Assembly (NCBI GenBank): GCA_964016885.1
Contig: OZ024765.1
Span: 23,250,001 to 23,314,000 of the forward strand
Direction: 5' to 3'
DNA: 64,000 nt
From: Eledone cirrhosa
Lineage: Eukaryota
In this document: piece after piece, positions 1 through 12,282 of the stretch
Position numbering within the stretch: position 1 is the first letter of the stretch
How the letters are laid out: each line of letters opens with the position of its first letter
Program-made: the position numbers and the translations under genes
The notes under the pieces: model-generated
Told to the model about the DNA's origin: nothing
Databases searched by the model: none
The model's input: the letters and a program-made list of their open reading frames with translations, nothing else

Positions 1-2151
1 GACAGGGAGGCGAGGTCCTGCGACGGGCCGATCTCAGCGGCTGAAATAGGGGACGTGCTGAGCCTATGCGGCAAACGCAAATCTCCAGGACTCGATGGTC
101 TGCCCTACGAACTATATATTAATATGCCGGACTTGTTCCCCGATCTCCTCGAGGCGGTCTACTGCAACTGGCAACAGAACGGGAGAATTCCCTGTTCTGT
201 GACCAAGGGCGTAGTCTCGCTAGTGAGGAAGGACGAGAACAAGGGGGATGACATTAGTAATTTTAGGCCCATAACTCTGCTAAATGCAGAGTTAAAGATT
301 TTGGCGAAGGTGTTAGCGAAGAGGTTGGCGCTTGTCGTGGGGGGCCTGGTGGGAGATGCGCAGACATGCGCTATCCCGTCCAGGTCCATCCACGACAACC
401 TCCACCTCATGCGATACATCATAGAGAGGGTTGGGAACGAACCCGGCTTTGGTGGGGCCCTGATAAATTTAGATCAGTCTAAAGCGTTCGATAGGGTGGA
501 CCATGGTTACCTGGATGCGGTGCTAGCGGCGGCTGGGTTCGGACCCGTTTTCAGGGGCTGGATCACTGCCATGCACAGCAGCCGCATCTGCTCTAGAATC
601 AAGGTGAACGGCTACCTTTCGGAGCCATTCGAAATCACCCGCTCCATCCGACAGGGGTGCCCTCTCTCCTCCCTTCTGTATGTATTGACTCTCGAGCCAT
701 TACTGCGGAAGTTGGAGTTGTTGCAGGGCATCCCTTTGGAACCGGGATTGCGCAAAGCGGTGTCGGCCTACGCCGATGACGTAACAGTAATGGTGTCGAC
801 CGCCTCGGAAATCGAGGCGATCGGCACCTTACTAGAGGAGTACGAAAGGTTGACAGGGGCTAAGCTGAACCGGGACAAGTCAGTCGCTTTGCAACTCGGC
901 GAGTGGAGGGGCAAAGCGATGTCGTGCGACGGTATCGTCGGACGGTGGACGGAGGGCCCGGTGAAGTTGCTTGGGGTCTGGTTCGGACCGGACCTCCAGG
1001 TGGAGAAAAACTGGGGTGAGGTGACGAATAGGGTGTTTGCACTGACCCAGAAGTGGGCCGAGTGCAAACTATCCCTAAAAGGTCGGGCGGAGGTGGCGAA
1101 CGCTTACATAGCGTCCGTCATCTATTACCGCTTGAATGTCGTGCCTTGCCCGGGTGAGATCCTCGCCAAAATGGAGCGCGCCCTCTTTTATTTCCTTTGG
1201 AAGAAGAGGTCTCCTCTAGTGAGGAGATCCATCTGCTGTCAACACCCTTTGAAAGGAGGGCTGGGGATGCCGTGGCTAAAAATGCGTAAACACGCATTGA
1301 GGCTAAGGCACCTCCACGTATTCCTCACCGGTCAACCGGTGTGGGCCCCGTTTGTGAGGCGAGCCTTCCCGAGGCTCGTCTCGCTCACCGAGCTGCAGTC
1401 CTGGGTGAAGCAAAGACCGAGAAAACTGGGCGACTGGCACACCGAGTGTGCCCAGGCGCTCACGGCTCTCTGGCAGGCGGACCCGGCTATCGACGGAGAC
1501 TCCACCTCGTCATTCTATAGAGGGCTGGTGGTTAGCGGGTGCGACGACGCCCTCGGAGAAGCCCTAGGCATGGAGGAGGACGAACTGGCCAGTCTATTCG
1601 GTAGGACTTTCGGCCCGGGACCTATGGACAACTTCCAGAAGTCCTTGGCCTGGCAGTGCTACCGAGGGGCTCTGCCCGTTCGGGATAAGCTCTACAGACA
1701 CGGGCGCCCGGGTAGGGACCCCTCGAAAAAGATCTGTCCCAGATGCGTGCGCGACGAGGAAACCGTCGCGCACGCATTGGTGCACTGCCCGGGCGTTGCC
1801 GATCTGTGGGGCTATGTTGAACAACTGCTGTCACGGGTGGGACCAATTAGGTTGACCACCGAGTCCATTGTAACGATCAAGCCGCCTCCCCCCTTCAAAA
1901 ATGAAGGAGAGGCGGTCTTCCTCTGTGTAATAGCCATGGTAAAAGAGGCTATATGGTGGACGCGTCTGAAAGGGCTGAGGTCGGACACCTTTCTCTCCGG
2001 CCAACAACTGGTCCTTTTCTTCCGATACCATTTCGGAAGAAGGATCAGGATGGAGAGAGAGGTGCTCCACTCCAGCCAGTTTTATGAAAGGTGGGTGAAA
2101 GTTGCGAGAATGGCCCGTGTGAATGGGCCTTCTCTCTACCTCAGCCTGTAG
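1..2151 (+). CDS. LINE ORF2 C-terminal part: reverse transcriptase + C-terminal CCHC zinc finger
   Basis: KSPGLDG, FRPITLLN, DQSKAFDRV, IRQGCPLS, YADD, GGLG, CPRC..ETVAHALVHC; frame open from position 1. Confidence 0.92.
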   Translation, partial: DREARSCDGPISAAEIGDVLSLCGKRKSPGLDGLPYELYINMPDLFPDLLEAVYCNWQQNGRIPCSVTKGVVSLVRKDENKGDDISNFRPITLLNAELKILAKVLAKRLALVVGGLVGDAQTCAIPSRSIHDNLHLMRYIIERVGNEPGFGGALINLDQSKAFDRVDHGYLDAVLAAAGFGPVFRGWITAMHSSRICSRIKVNGYLSEPFEITRSIRQGCPLSSLLYVLTLEPLLRKLELLQGIPLEPGLRKAVSAYADDVTVMVSTASEIEAIGTLLEEYERLTGAKLNRDKSVALQLGEWRGKAMSCDGIVGRWTEGPVKLLGVWFGPDLQVEKNWGEVTNRVFALTQKWAECKLSLKGRAEVANAYIASVIYYRLNVVPCPGEILAKMERALFYFLWKKRSPLVRRSICCQHPLKGGLGMPWLKMRKHALRLRHLHVFLTGQPVWAPFVRRAFPRLVSLTELQSWVKQRPRKLGDWHTECAQALTALWQADPAIDGDSTSSFYRGLVVSGCDDALGEALGMEEDELASLFGRTFGPGPMDNFQKSLAWQCYRGALPVRDKLYRHGRPGRDPSKKICPRCVRDEETVAHALVHCPGVADLWGYVEQLLSRVGPIRLTTESIVTIKPPPPFKNEGEAVFLCVIAMVKEAIWWTRLKGLRSDTFLSGQQLVLFFRYHFGRRIRMEREVLHSSQFYERWVKVARMARVNGPSLYLSL

Positions 2152-2373
2152 GTGGAACAGAAAGAAGGGAGCACCCCTCTTTGTACTCCCGTGGAGAAGG
2201 GTCGCACACTTTTTTCGGGGGTGTGTGTGATCCCAAAACGATCCCTCCCTATTGAGGATCTTCTTGTTATTATTTTGTTTGTTATATTTTTCTTACTCGA
2301 TTTTTATGTAAACTCCCCCCACCCATGTACATGTCCCTTTCTTTTGTGCCCTAGTGGCAAATAAACAGAAATT
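1..2373 (+). mobile_element. Tx1/L1-clade non-LTR retrotransposon, copy 1 (3' part; runs off window start)
   Basis: RT ORF followed by 3' UTR ending GGCAAATAAACAGAAATT; near-identical to 8153-10527. Confidence 0.9.
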
Positions 2374-4915
2374 TGTCTGTCCCTATGTATGTCTGTCCCT
2401 ATGTCTGTCTGTCTGTCCCTATGTCTGTCTGTCTGTCCCTATGTATGTCTGTCCCTATGTCTGTCTGTCTGTCCCTATGTATGTCTGTCCCTATGTCTGT
2501 CTGTCTGTCCCTATGTCTGTCTCTCTGTCTGTCCCTATGTTTGTCTGTCTGTCTGTCCCTATGTATGTCTGTCCCTATGTATGTCTGTCCCTATGTCTGT
2601 CTGTCTGTCCCTATGTCTGTCTGTCTGTCCCTATGTATGTCTGTCCCTATGTCTGTCTGTCTGTCCCTATGTATGTCTGTCCCTATGTCTGTCTGTCTGT
2701 CCCTATGTCTGTCTGTCTGTCCCTATGTCTGTCTGTCCCTATGTCTGTCTGTCTGTCCCTATGTTTGTCTGTCTGTATGTCCCTATGTCTGTCTGTCTGT
2801 CCCTATGTATGTCTGTCCCTATGTATGTCTGTCTGTCCTTATGTCTGTCTGTCCCTATGTCTGTCTGTCTGTCCCTATGTATGTCTGTCCCTATGTCTGT
2901 CTGTCCCTATGTCTGTCTGTCCCTATGTCTGTCTGTCCCTATGTCTGTCTGTCTGTCCCTATGTATGTCTGTCCCTATGTCTGTCTGCCTGTCCCTATGT
3001 ATGTCTGTCCCTATGTCTGTCTGTCTGTCCCTATGTCTGTCTGTCCCTATGTCTGTCTGTCTGTCCCTATGTTTGTCTGTCTGTATGTCCCTATGTCTGT
3101 CTGTCTGTCCCTATGTATGTCTGTCCCTATGTCTGTCTGTCCCTATGTATGTCTGTCCCTATGTCTGTCTGTCTGTCCCTATGTATGTATGTCCCTATGT
3201 CTGTCTGTCCCTATGTATGTCTGTCCCTATGTCTGTCTGTCTGTCCCTATGTCTGTCTGTCCCTATGTCTGTCTGTCTGTCCCTATGTTTGTCTGTCTGT
3301 CTGTCCCTATGTCTGTCTGTCTGTCCCTATGTCTGTCTGTCTGTCCCTATGTATGTCTGTCCCTATGTCTGTCTGTCTGTCCCTATGTATGTCTGTCCCT
3401 ATGTCTGTCTGTCTGTCCCTATGTCTGTATGTCTGTCCCTATGTATGTCTGTCCCTATGTCTGTCTGTCTGTCCCTATGTATGTCTGTCCCTATGTCTGT
3501 CTGTCTGTCCCTATGTCTGTCTGTCCCTATGTCTGTCTGTCTGTCCCTATGTTTGTCTGTCTGTATGTCCCTATGTCTGTCTGTCTGTCCCTATGTATGT
3601 CTGTCCCTATGTATGTCTGTCTGTCCCTATGTATGTCTGTCCCTATGTCTGTCTGTCTGTCCCTATGTCTGTCTGTCCCTATGTCTGTCTGTCTGTCCCT
3701 ATGTATGTCTGTCCCTATGTCTGTCTGTCTGTCCCTATGTCTGTCTGTCTGTCCCTATGTATGTCTGTCCCTATGTCTGTCTGTATGTCCCTATGTCTGT
3801 CTGTCCCTATGTCTGTCTATCCCTATGTATGTCTGTCTGTCCCTATGTCTGTCTGTCTGTCTGTCCCTATGTCTGTCTGTCCCTATGTCTGTCTGTCTGT
3901 CCCTATGTATGTCTGTCCCTATGTCTGTCTGTCTGTCCCTATGTATGTCTGTCCCTATGTATGTCTGTCCCTATGTCTGTCTGTCCCTATGTCTGTCTGT
4001 CTATCCCTATGTATGTCTGTCTGTCCCTATGTCTGTCTGTCTGTCCCTATGTCTGTCTGTCCCTGTGTCTGTTTGTCTGTCCCTATGCCTGTCTGTCTGT
4101 CCCTATGTCTGTCTGTCTGTCCCTATGTATGTCTGTCTGTCCCTATGTCTGTCTGTCTGTCCCTATGCCTGTCTGTCTGTCCCTGTGTCTGTCTGTCTGT
4201 CCCTATGCCTGTCTGTCTGTCCCTATGTCGGTCTGTCTGTCCCTATGCCTGTATGTCTGTCCCTGTGTCTGTTTGTCTGTCCCTATGCCTGTCTGTATGT
4301 CCCTATGTCTGTCTGTCTGTCCCTATGTCTGTCTGTCTGTCCCTATGTCTGTCTGTCCCTCTGTCTGTCTGTCCCTATGTCTGTCTGTCTGTCTGTCCCT
4401 ATGTATGTCTGTCTGTCTGTCTGTATGTCCCTATGTCTGTCTGTCTGTCCCTATGCCTGTCTGTATGTCCCTATGCCTGTCTGTCTGTCCCTATGTATGT
4501 CTGTCTGTCCCTATGTCTGTCTGTCTGTCCCTATGTCTGTCTGTCTGTCCCTATGTATGTCTGTCCCTATGTCTGTCTGTCTGTATGTCCCTATGTCTGT
4601 CTGTATGTCCCTATGCCTGTCTGTCTGTCCCTATGTATGTCTGTCCCTATGTCTGTCTGTCTGTCTGTCCCTATGCCTGTCTGTCTGTCCCTATGCCTGT
4701 CTGTCTGTCTGTCCCTATGTCTGTCTGTCTGTCTGTCCCTATGCCTGTCTGTCTGTCCCTATGTCTGTCTGTCTGTCTGTCCCTATGTCTGTCTGTCTGT
4801 CTGTCTGTCTGTCCCTATGTCTGTCTGTGTGTCTGTCCCTATGTCTGTCTGTCTGTCCCTATGTCTGTCTGTCTGTCCCTATATCTGTCTGTCTGTCCCT
4901 ATGTCTGTCTGTCTG
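2374..4915. repeat. Compound satellite CCCTATG(TCTG)n, units 12-24 bp
   Basis: Continuous ccctatgtctgtctgtctgt reiteration. Confidence 0.97.
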
Positions 4916-5410
4916 ATGATAGTAGACGTCTTTCATATCGGCTCTTCGATTTGGAATTTTTACCTGGAATATTTGTGAGTGCATTATTTGAATTGTTTTT
5001 TATTATTGACTCTAACCCCTAGTCTGGGACTGTAGACATAGGGTAAATATATTTTCACCCCTTTTGGGGTGAAAAATATTTAATTCAGAAATGTTTATCG
5101 ATATCGTTGATAACGATATCGTCGAAAACGATATCGCCATATTGGAAGCGAACGCCACGCCTACCAAAAAAATAAGCGGGAAAGAGGGAACAACAATTCA
5201 AACTGTTGAACAGCCCCTCCTCTCCAATGAAAAAAAAAAGAATATTAATTCGAATGAAAAACTTAATTTTGAAGAAAAAAATAACACACAAATAATGAAA
5301 CCAACAACATTACAACAACAAGCAACAAAGACAACAAAATTTCTTTTGCCCAAACGGTCAGGAAAGCTATTGAATACAAGCCCATAGATATAACTAATGC
5401 TAAGCAAAAT

Positions 5411-6853
5411 TTGCTAGATGCCAGAAAATACGTATCTTTTGGGGAGGATGGTTCTTTTATGATCAACTCCCCAGAAGAAGTTCGTCAACAGGTATATAGG
5501 AATACTGTAACCTACAGGACTATAACCAACGCAACAAGAAAGCCAGCTCAATTGACAGAAAGTCAAATTGAGCTGGTTCTGAAAGACATTAAAAAGGACA
5601 TACTCTTTATTCAAAGAGGAAAGCTATATGCCAGCATTATGGTCCGAATGAAGGACGAAATGCTGGCTCAAAAATATTCGGTGGCACCTATAGTGTCACC
5701 ACAATACACCTTCTTCCCCACATATAAAGGAAGAAGAACACAAAGAATAAGAATGTGGAGCCCAACGCCAGAAGTTAACATCTGGTCCATCCTAACAGGA
5801 TTTACGGACCTAGAAAAGGACATCCTTATTTCAACAGGGGAGTCCACCAGTGGACTGTTCGGGGGGAAAAGTCTGGAGGTTCTCTTACAGATGACACCTG
5901 AGAGAATCTCCGGAATACCCGACCGAGTCCTACTGGATGTGCGAACCTTCATAAATATCACAGTGGAAGGCAGGAGACCCTCATGTTACCACTGCGCTGG
6001 CAGAGGTCACCTGAGGACGGCCTGCCCTCTACTAACAACAAAAAAACCACTGCTACAAACACCACAACAACAAAAACAACCAGCACCACCATCACAAAAA
6101 CAACAAAATACACTACCATCACCACCACAACGACAACAAAAACCAACAACACCACCACCACAACAACAACAACATCAACAACAGCTCAAGAAAACAACCC
6201 AAAACACGGTCCCACCCAGCCCCACCCGACAGAACACAAATACAAAAACACACGCAGTTCATACACAACCCGGAGATATACCCCTCCCCTCCAATACGGA
6301 AGAGGAGCTCATATCGTCGGAAGACGAGGGGGTTCCCTTCCAAAAAGTGAAAAGAAAAAAACGTACACACACCACACAAACAAAAATAACCCCACCTGAC
6401 AACACAACACAGACAACAAAACGTAAACTCACTCAAGAACAACAAGCAAAAACAAACACAACAACACAAAAACTCTACACATACATAAACAAAAACAATA
6501 AAAACCTAACTGAAAAAATAGAAAACAACCCTTCGATACAAACCGAAGGGCCGAATTTTGTAACGGCAATGGGACTCCCTAAACTGAAAATGGTGAAATT
6601 CCCACTTGACATTTTCAAAACTTTGAAAGACATTTACCCTGAGGACGTGGGCCCACCCTGCACCAGGCCACTCAACCGCGTCCTCCTGAAAGATTTTCCC
6701 CTCCCGTCCTCAAACACCCACACAACTCCAAACACCCCAACCCCTCCACACACTAATACCCCCACACCACCACAAACCACCACCCCACCCATCAACCCCT
6801 CCACCAGCCCCATGGAAACTGAGCGGCCCGAACCCCGGGACGCAGAGAGGTAA
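5411..6853 (+). CDS. LINE ORF1 (gag-like, CCHC zinc knuckle, low-complexity Q/T/P tail); true start uncertain, may include 5091-5387 via a frameshift
   Basis: CYHCAGRGHLRTAC knuckle directly upstream of ORF2. Confidence 0.8.
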   Translation: MLDARKYVSFGEDGSFMINSPEEVRQQVYRNTVTYRTITNATRKPAQLTESQIELVLKDIKKDILFIQRGKLYASIMVRMKDEMLAQKYSVAPIVSPQYTFFPTYKGRRTQRIRMWSPTPEVNIWSILTGFTDLEKDILISTGESTSGLFGGKSLEVLLQMTPERISGIPDRVLLDVRTFINITVEGRRPSCYHCAGRGHLRTACPLLTTKKPLLQTPQQQKQPAPPSQKQQNTLPSPPQRQQKPTTPPPQQQQHQQQLKKTTQNTVPPSPTRQNTNTKTHAVHTQPGDIPLPSNTEEELISSEDEGVPFQKVKRKKRTHTTQTKITPPDNTTQTTKRKLTQEQQAKTNTTTQKLYTYINKNNKNLTEKIENNPSIQTEGPNFVTAMGLPKLKMVKFPLDIFKTLKDIYPEDVGPPCTRPLNRVLLKDFPLPSSNTHTTPNTPTPPHTNTPTPPQTTTPPINPSTSPMETERPEPRDAER

Positions 6854-6876
6854 GTGCCTCTTTCTTTGCCACCAAC

Positions 6877-9800
6877 ATGGCTGTGTTAAGAGTAGGTTGT
6901 CTAAATGCGCGTGGCCTGGGCTCACCTTGGAAGCAAGCTAAACTTCTAAGTGACCTCAGGTCACAATGTATAAATGTGATGGTTATTTGAGAGGCCCCCC
7001 CGACAGCTGACCCCCACCTTTGATGACTTTGAGATGCACGCATCTCTCTGTCAGCCCGGAGGTGGGGGTGGGGTTGTCGTTCTGCTGCAAAAACATCTGG
7101 GTCTCGCTACACAGACGGTACACTTGGACCCGGAGGGTCGACTCGTGGTTCTGGACCTTGGCAATGGTGAAGGCGAAGCTTTTAGGCTTGTCGCCGTATA
7201 CGCCCCTTTTGGGGCAATGCGGTCGGACTTCTTCCATCGTCTGGAGACTTTTCTAGGGACGTCCCGCTCCTTGCTTTTAGTGGGGGACTGGAATGGTATA
7301 CTAGATGCACGTTGGGACTATGTAGGGGCATGTCCCGATAGAGGGGGGTGTAACAGCCTTAAGGGGTTAATCGGCCGATTTGACCTGGCCAATAGATACC
7401 GACTAGATTTTCTGACTGTGCCAACCTGGACTTGGTCAAATAACAGTGGTCAATCTCGATCGTACCTAGATAGGTTCTTAGTTAGAATTAAGGATAGGGA
7501 CTTTTTAAGTTGTCCAGAAATGCTCATGGTGGGCTATTCAGACCACAAGTTAGTGACCTGCGTAGTCCACCTTGATAGAACGCATAGGCAGGGGCCCGGT
7601 TACTGGAAGCTCAACTTGTCCTTACCGGCAAGTAGAGCTTACAGGGACCGGATTAGAACCTTAGTTAAGGAGCGGTTGACGGGTGCCATCGTCAACAACA
7701 GGTGGTGGGGCTCTCTAAAAAGAGAGATTAGAGTTGTTTCAATAGGAGTTAGTAAGGAGTTAGCCTCAGATAGAAATAGGAAGGAAAGGGAGTTGGTAGT
7801 TAATGTTGAAGAGGCAATGAGAAGCGGCAACGTGGCCAGAGTGCAAGCGTCGAGAACGGTCTTGAACCAGTTCTTCGACGCGAAACACGAAGGCTGCGTT
7901 GTCCAAAGCAAAATACGTGCTCTGGGATACGAGGGGACCAAAGCTGTTAGCTGGGCCCGCGTGACAGAAGCGAAAAGTGGGATTAAATCCACTATCCGGT
8001 CTTTGCGAGACCAGGATGGACGGTTGATCCTTGAACCTAAGCAAATGTGCGAGGCCTTTCAAAGGCACTTTGCCCGATTGTTTGGGAGGGGTGGGGGGCC
8101 GGTTGGGGATGTGGATTTCGGTCCATACCTCGACGGCCTGCCGTGTCTTTCGGACAAGGAGGCGAGGTCCTGCGACGGGCCGATCTCAGCTGCTGAAATA
8201 GGGGACGTGCTGAGCCTATGCGGCAAACGCAAATCTCCAGGGCTCGATGGTCTGCCCTACGAACTATATATTAATATGCCGGACTTGTTCCCCGATCTCC
8301 TCGAGGTGGTCTACTGCAACTGGCAACAGAACGGGAGAATTCCCTGTTCTGTGACCAAGGGCGTAGTCACGCTAGTGAGGAAGGACGAGAACAAGGGGGA
8401 TGACATTAGTAATTTTAGGCCCATAACTCTGCTAAATGCAGAGTTAAAGATTTTGGCCAAGGTGTTAGCGAAGAGGTTGGCGCTTGTCGTGGGGGGCCTG
8501 GTGGGAGATGCGCAGACATGCGCTATCCCGTCCAGGTCCATCCACGACAACCTCCACCTCATGCGATACATCATAGAGAGGGTTGGGAACGAACCCGGCT
8601 TTGGTGGGGCCCTGATAAATTTAGATCAGTCTAAAGCATTCGATAGGGTGGACCATGGTTACCTGGATGCGGTGCTAGCGGCGGCTGGGTTCGGACCCGT
8701 TTTCAGGGGCTGGATCACTGCCATGCGCAGCAGCCGCATCTGCTCTAGAGTCAAGGTGAACGGCTACCTTTCGGAGCTATTCGAAATCACCCGCTCCATC
8801 CGACAGGGGTGCCCTCTCTCCTCCCTTCTGTATGTGTTGACTCTCGAGCCACTACTGCGGAAGTTGGAGTTGTTGCAGGGCATCCCTTTGGAACCGGGAT
8901 TGCGCAAAGCGGTGTCGGCCTACGCCGATGACGTAACAGTAATGGTGTCGACCACCTCGGAAATCGAGGCAATCGGCACCTTACTGGAGGAGTACGAAAG
9001 GTTGACAGGGGCTAAGCTGAACCGGGACAAGTCGGTCGCTTTGCAACTCGGCGAGTGGAGGGGCAAAACGATGTTGTCCGACGGTATCGTCGGACGGTGG
9101 ACGGCGGGCCCGGTGAAGTTGCTTGGGGTCTGGTTTGGACCGGACCTCCAGGTGGAGAAAAACTGGGGTGAGGTGACGAATAGGGTGTTTGCACTGACCC
9201 AGAAGTGGGCCGAGTGCAAACTATCCCTGAAAGGTCGGGCGGAGGTGGCGAACGCTTACATAGCATTCGTCATCTATTACCGCTTGACTGTCGTGCCTTG
9301 CCCGGGTGAGATCCTCGCCAAAATGGAGCGCGCCCTCTTTTATTTCCTTTGGAAGAAGAGGTCTCCTCTGGTGAGGAGATCCATCTGCTGTCAACACCCT
9401 TTGAAAGGAGGGCTGGGGATGCCATGGCTAAAAATGCGTAAACACGCATTGAGGCTAAGGCACCTCCAGGTATTCCTCACTGGTCAACCGGTGTGGGCCC
9501 CGTTTGTGAGGAGAGCCTTCCCGAGGCTCGTCTCGCTCACCGAGCTGCAGTCCTGGGTGAAGCAAAGACCGAGAAAACTGGGCGACTGGCACACCGAGTA
9601 TGCCCAGGCGCTCACGGCTCTCTGGCAGGCGGACCCGGCTATCGACGGAGACTCCACCTCGTCATTCTATAGAGGGCTGGTGGTTAGCGGGTGCGACGAT
9701 GCCCTCGGAGAAACCCTAGGCATGGAGGAGGACGAACTGGCCAGCCTATTCGGTAGGACTTTCGGCCCGGGACCTATGGACAACTTCCAGAAGTCCTTGG

Positions 9801-10303
9801 CCTGGCAGTGCTACCGAGGGGCTCTGCCCATTCGGGATAAGCTCTACAGACACGGGCGCCCGGGTAGGGACCCCTCGAAAAAGATCTGTCCCAGATGCGT
9901 GCACGACGAGGAAACCGTCGCGCACGCATTGGTGCACTGCCCGGGCGTTGCCGATCTGTGGGGCTATGTCGAACAACTGCTGTCACGGGTGGGACCAATT
10001 AGGTTGACCACCGAGTCCATTGTAACGATCAAGCCGCCTCCCCCCTTCAAAAATGAAGGAGAGGCGGTCTTCCTCTGTGTAATAGCCATGGTAAAAGAGG
10101 TTATATGGTGGACGCGTCTGAAAGGGCTGAGGTCGGACACCTTTCTCTCCGGCCAACAACTGGTCCTTTTCTTCCGATACCATTTCAGAAGAAGGATCAG
10201 GATGGAGAGAGAGGTGCTCCACTCCAGCCAGTTTTATGAAAGGTGGGTGAAAGTTGCGAGAATGGCCCGTGTGAATGGGCCTTCTCTCTACCTCAGCCTG
10301 TAG
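6877..10303 (+). pseudogene. LINE ORF2 (APE endonuclease + RT + zinc finger), disrupted near the N-terminus
   Basis: ATG 6877 MAVLRVGCLNARGL; TGA at 6988-6990 and frameshift into the 7034-10303 frame (VYAP, GDWN, YLDRF, SDH, YADD). Confidence 0.88.
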
Positions 10304-10527
10304 GTGGAACAAGAAGAAGGGAGCACCCTCTCTTTGTGCTCCCGTGGAGAAGGGTCGCACACTTTTTTTCGGGGGTGTGTGTGACCCCAAAACGAACCCT
10401 CCCTATTGAGGACCTTCTTGTTACTATTTTGTTTGTTATATTTTTCTTACTCGATTTTTATGTAAACTCCCCCCACCCATGTACATGTCCCTTTCTTTTG
10501 TGCCCTAGTGGCAAATAAACAGAAATT

Positions 10528-10827
10528 TGTCTCTCTGTCCCTATGTCTGTCTGTCTGTCTGTCCCTATGTCTGTCTGTCTGTCCCTATGTCTGTCTGTCT
10601 CTCTGTCCCTGTTTGTCAGTCTGTCCCTATGTCTGTCTGTCCCTATGTCTGTCTGTCTGTCCCTATGTCTGTCTCTCTGTCCCTATGTCTGTCTGTCTGT
10701 CCCTATGTCTGTCTCTCTGTCCCTATGTCTGTCTCTCTGTCCCTATGTCTGTCCGTCCCTATGTCCGTCTGTCTGTCCCTATGTCTGTCTCTCTGTCCCT
10801 ATGTCTGTCTGTCTGTCTCTATGTCTG
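10528..10827. repeat. CCCTATG(TCTG)n satellite, continuation of the 2374-4915 type
   Basis: Same unit. Confidence 0.95.
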
Positions 10828-10938
10828 GGGGACGCTATCATTAAAACACCCAAGAAACCTCCTTTAACATAGAACCTCATAAAAGGCCGGTTAAACCTAC
10901 AAAGATGTCACAACAAGATATGGCTGGGGTCTCTATCA

Positions 10939-11075
10939 TTAACCCTTTAGCATTTAAATTAGCTGTAACCGGCCAGAATTCTCTCACCTCTTTCTGTTCA
11001 AACCGGCCGTAACTGGCTGCTCATACTGATATTAAGGTATTTTTCTCAAAATAAATATAAAAATCTCGTAAATTC
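10939..11075 (+). mobile_element. piggyBac-like MITE terminus (TTAA-CCCT)
   Basis: Starts TTAACCCTTTAGC; inverted homolog at 17820-17947. Confidence 0.55.
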
Positions 11076-11116
11076 AATATTATTGTAAAACAAACATTGT
11101 CAACATCACAATTCTG

Positions 11117-11643
11117 TGGCAGTATCGGTAGAGGGTCGGACGCCATGCTAGGGTGGTGGATTGGCAGTATCGGTAGAGGGTCAGACGCCATGCTAGGGTG
11201 GTGGATTGGCAGTATCGGTAGAGGGTCAGACGCCATGCTAGGGTGGTGGATTGGCAGTATCGGTAGAGGGTCAGACGCCATGCTAGGGTGGTGGATTGGC
11301 AGTATCGGTAGAGGGTCAGACGCCATGCTAGGGTGGTGGATTGGCAGTATCGGTAGAGGGTCAGATGCCATGCTAGGGTGGTGGATTGGCAGTATCGGTA
11401 GAGGGTCAGACGCCATGCTAGGGTGGTGGATTGGCAGTATCGGTAGAGGGTCGGACGCCATGCTAGGGTGGTGGATTGGCAGTATCAGTAGAGGGTCAGA
11501 CGCCATGCTAGGGTGGTGGATTGGCAGTATCGGTAGAGGGTCGGACGCCATGCTAGGGTGGTGGATTGGCAGTATCGGTAGAGGGTCGGACGCCATGCTA
11601 GGGCAGTGGATTGGCAGTATCGGTAGAGGGTCGGACGCCATGC
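11117..11643 (+). repeat. 45-bp tandem array (~12 copies) of a SINE 5' head
   Basis: Unit tggcagtatcggtagagggtcagacgccatgctagggtggtggat; last unit runs into the SINE body. Confidence 0.93.
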
Positions 11644-11790
11644 TTTCCAGCATAGTTATGGCCCTTTACGATCCGAGTTCAAATCCCGCCGAGGTTGACT
11701 TTGCCTTTCATCCTTACGGGGTCGATAAAATAAAGTACCAGTAATGCACTGGGGTAATTGCTGGCCTTGTGCCTAAAGTAGAAACAATTA
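11600..11790 (+). mobile_element. tRNA-derived SINE (family A)
   Basis: A-box-like TGGCAGTATCGG, B-box GAGTTCAAATCC, tail GCTGGCCTTGTGCCTAAAGTAGAAAC; multiple copies in window. Confidence 0.85.
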
Positions 11791-11833
11791 TTCTTTTTGT
11801 CATTCATCCCGAAAGGAATACATTTATCCACTA

Positions 11834-12251
11834 CATATGTACTCCTATATATGTGTGTATATGTGTGTATATATGTGTGTCTGTGTGTGTATGTCTCTGT
11901 GTATGTATGCACAGCTATATATGTGTGTATATTTGTGTATATATGTGTGTCTGTGTGTGTATGCACACCTATATATGTGTGTATATGTATGTATATATGT
12001 CTGTATGTGTGTATATGTATGTATATATGTGTGTCTGTGTGTGTATGCACACCTATATATGTGTGTATATATGTGTGTGTGTGTGTATGTATGCACACCT
12101 ATATATGTGTGTATATGTATGTATATATGTGTGTGTATGTCTCTGTGTATGTATGTACACCTATATATGTGTGTATATGTGTGTATATATGTCTGTGTGT
12201 ATGTATGTCTCTGTGTATGTATGTACACCTATATATGTGTGTATATGTATG

Positions 12252-12282
<31 letters not shown>

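Larger units (their letters stand above)
4916..10527 (+). mobile_element. Near full-length Tx1/L1-clade retrotransposon, copy 2
   Basis: 5' UTR, ORF1 with zinc knuckle, ORF2 APE-RT-ZnF, same 3' end as copy 1, satellite on both flanks. Confidence 0.92.

Noticed and set aside
2354-5022. Three 850-880 aa Cys/Val/Ser-rich ORFs
   Set aside because: Stop-free translations of a satellite in all frames
11600-11700. tRNA gene
   Set aside because: A/B boxes belong to a multi-copy SINE; no cloverleaf evident
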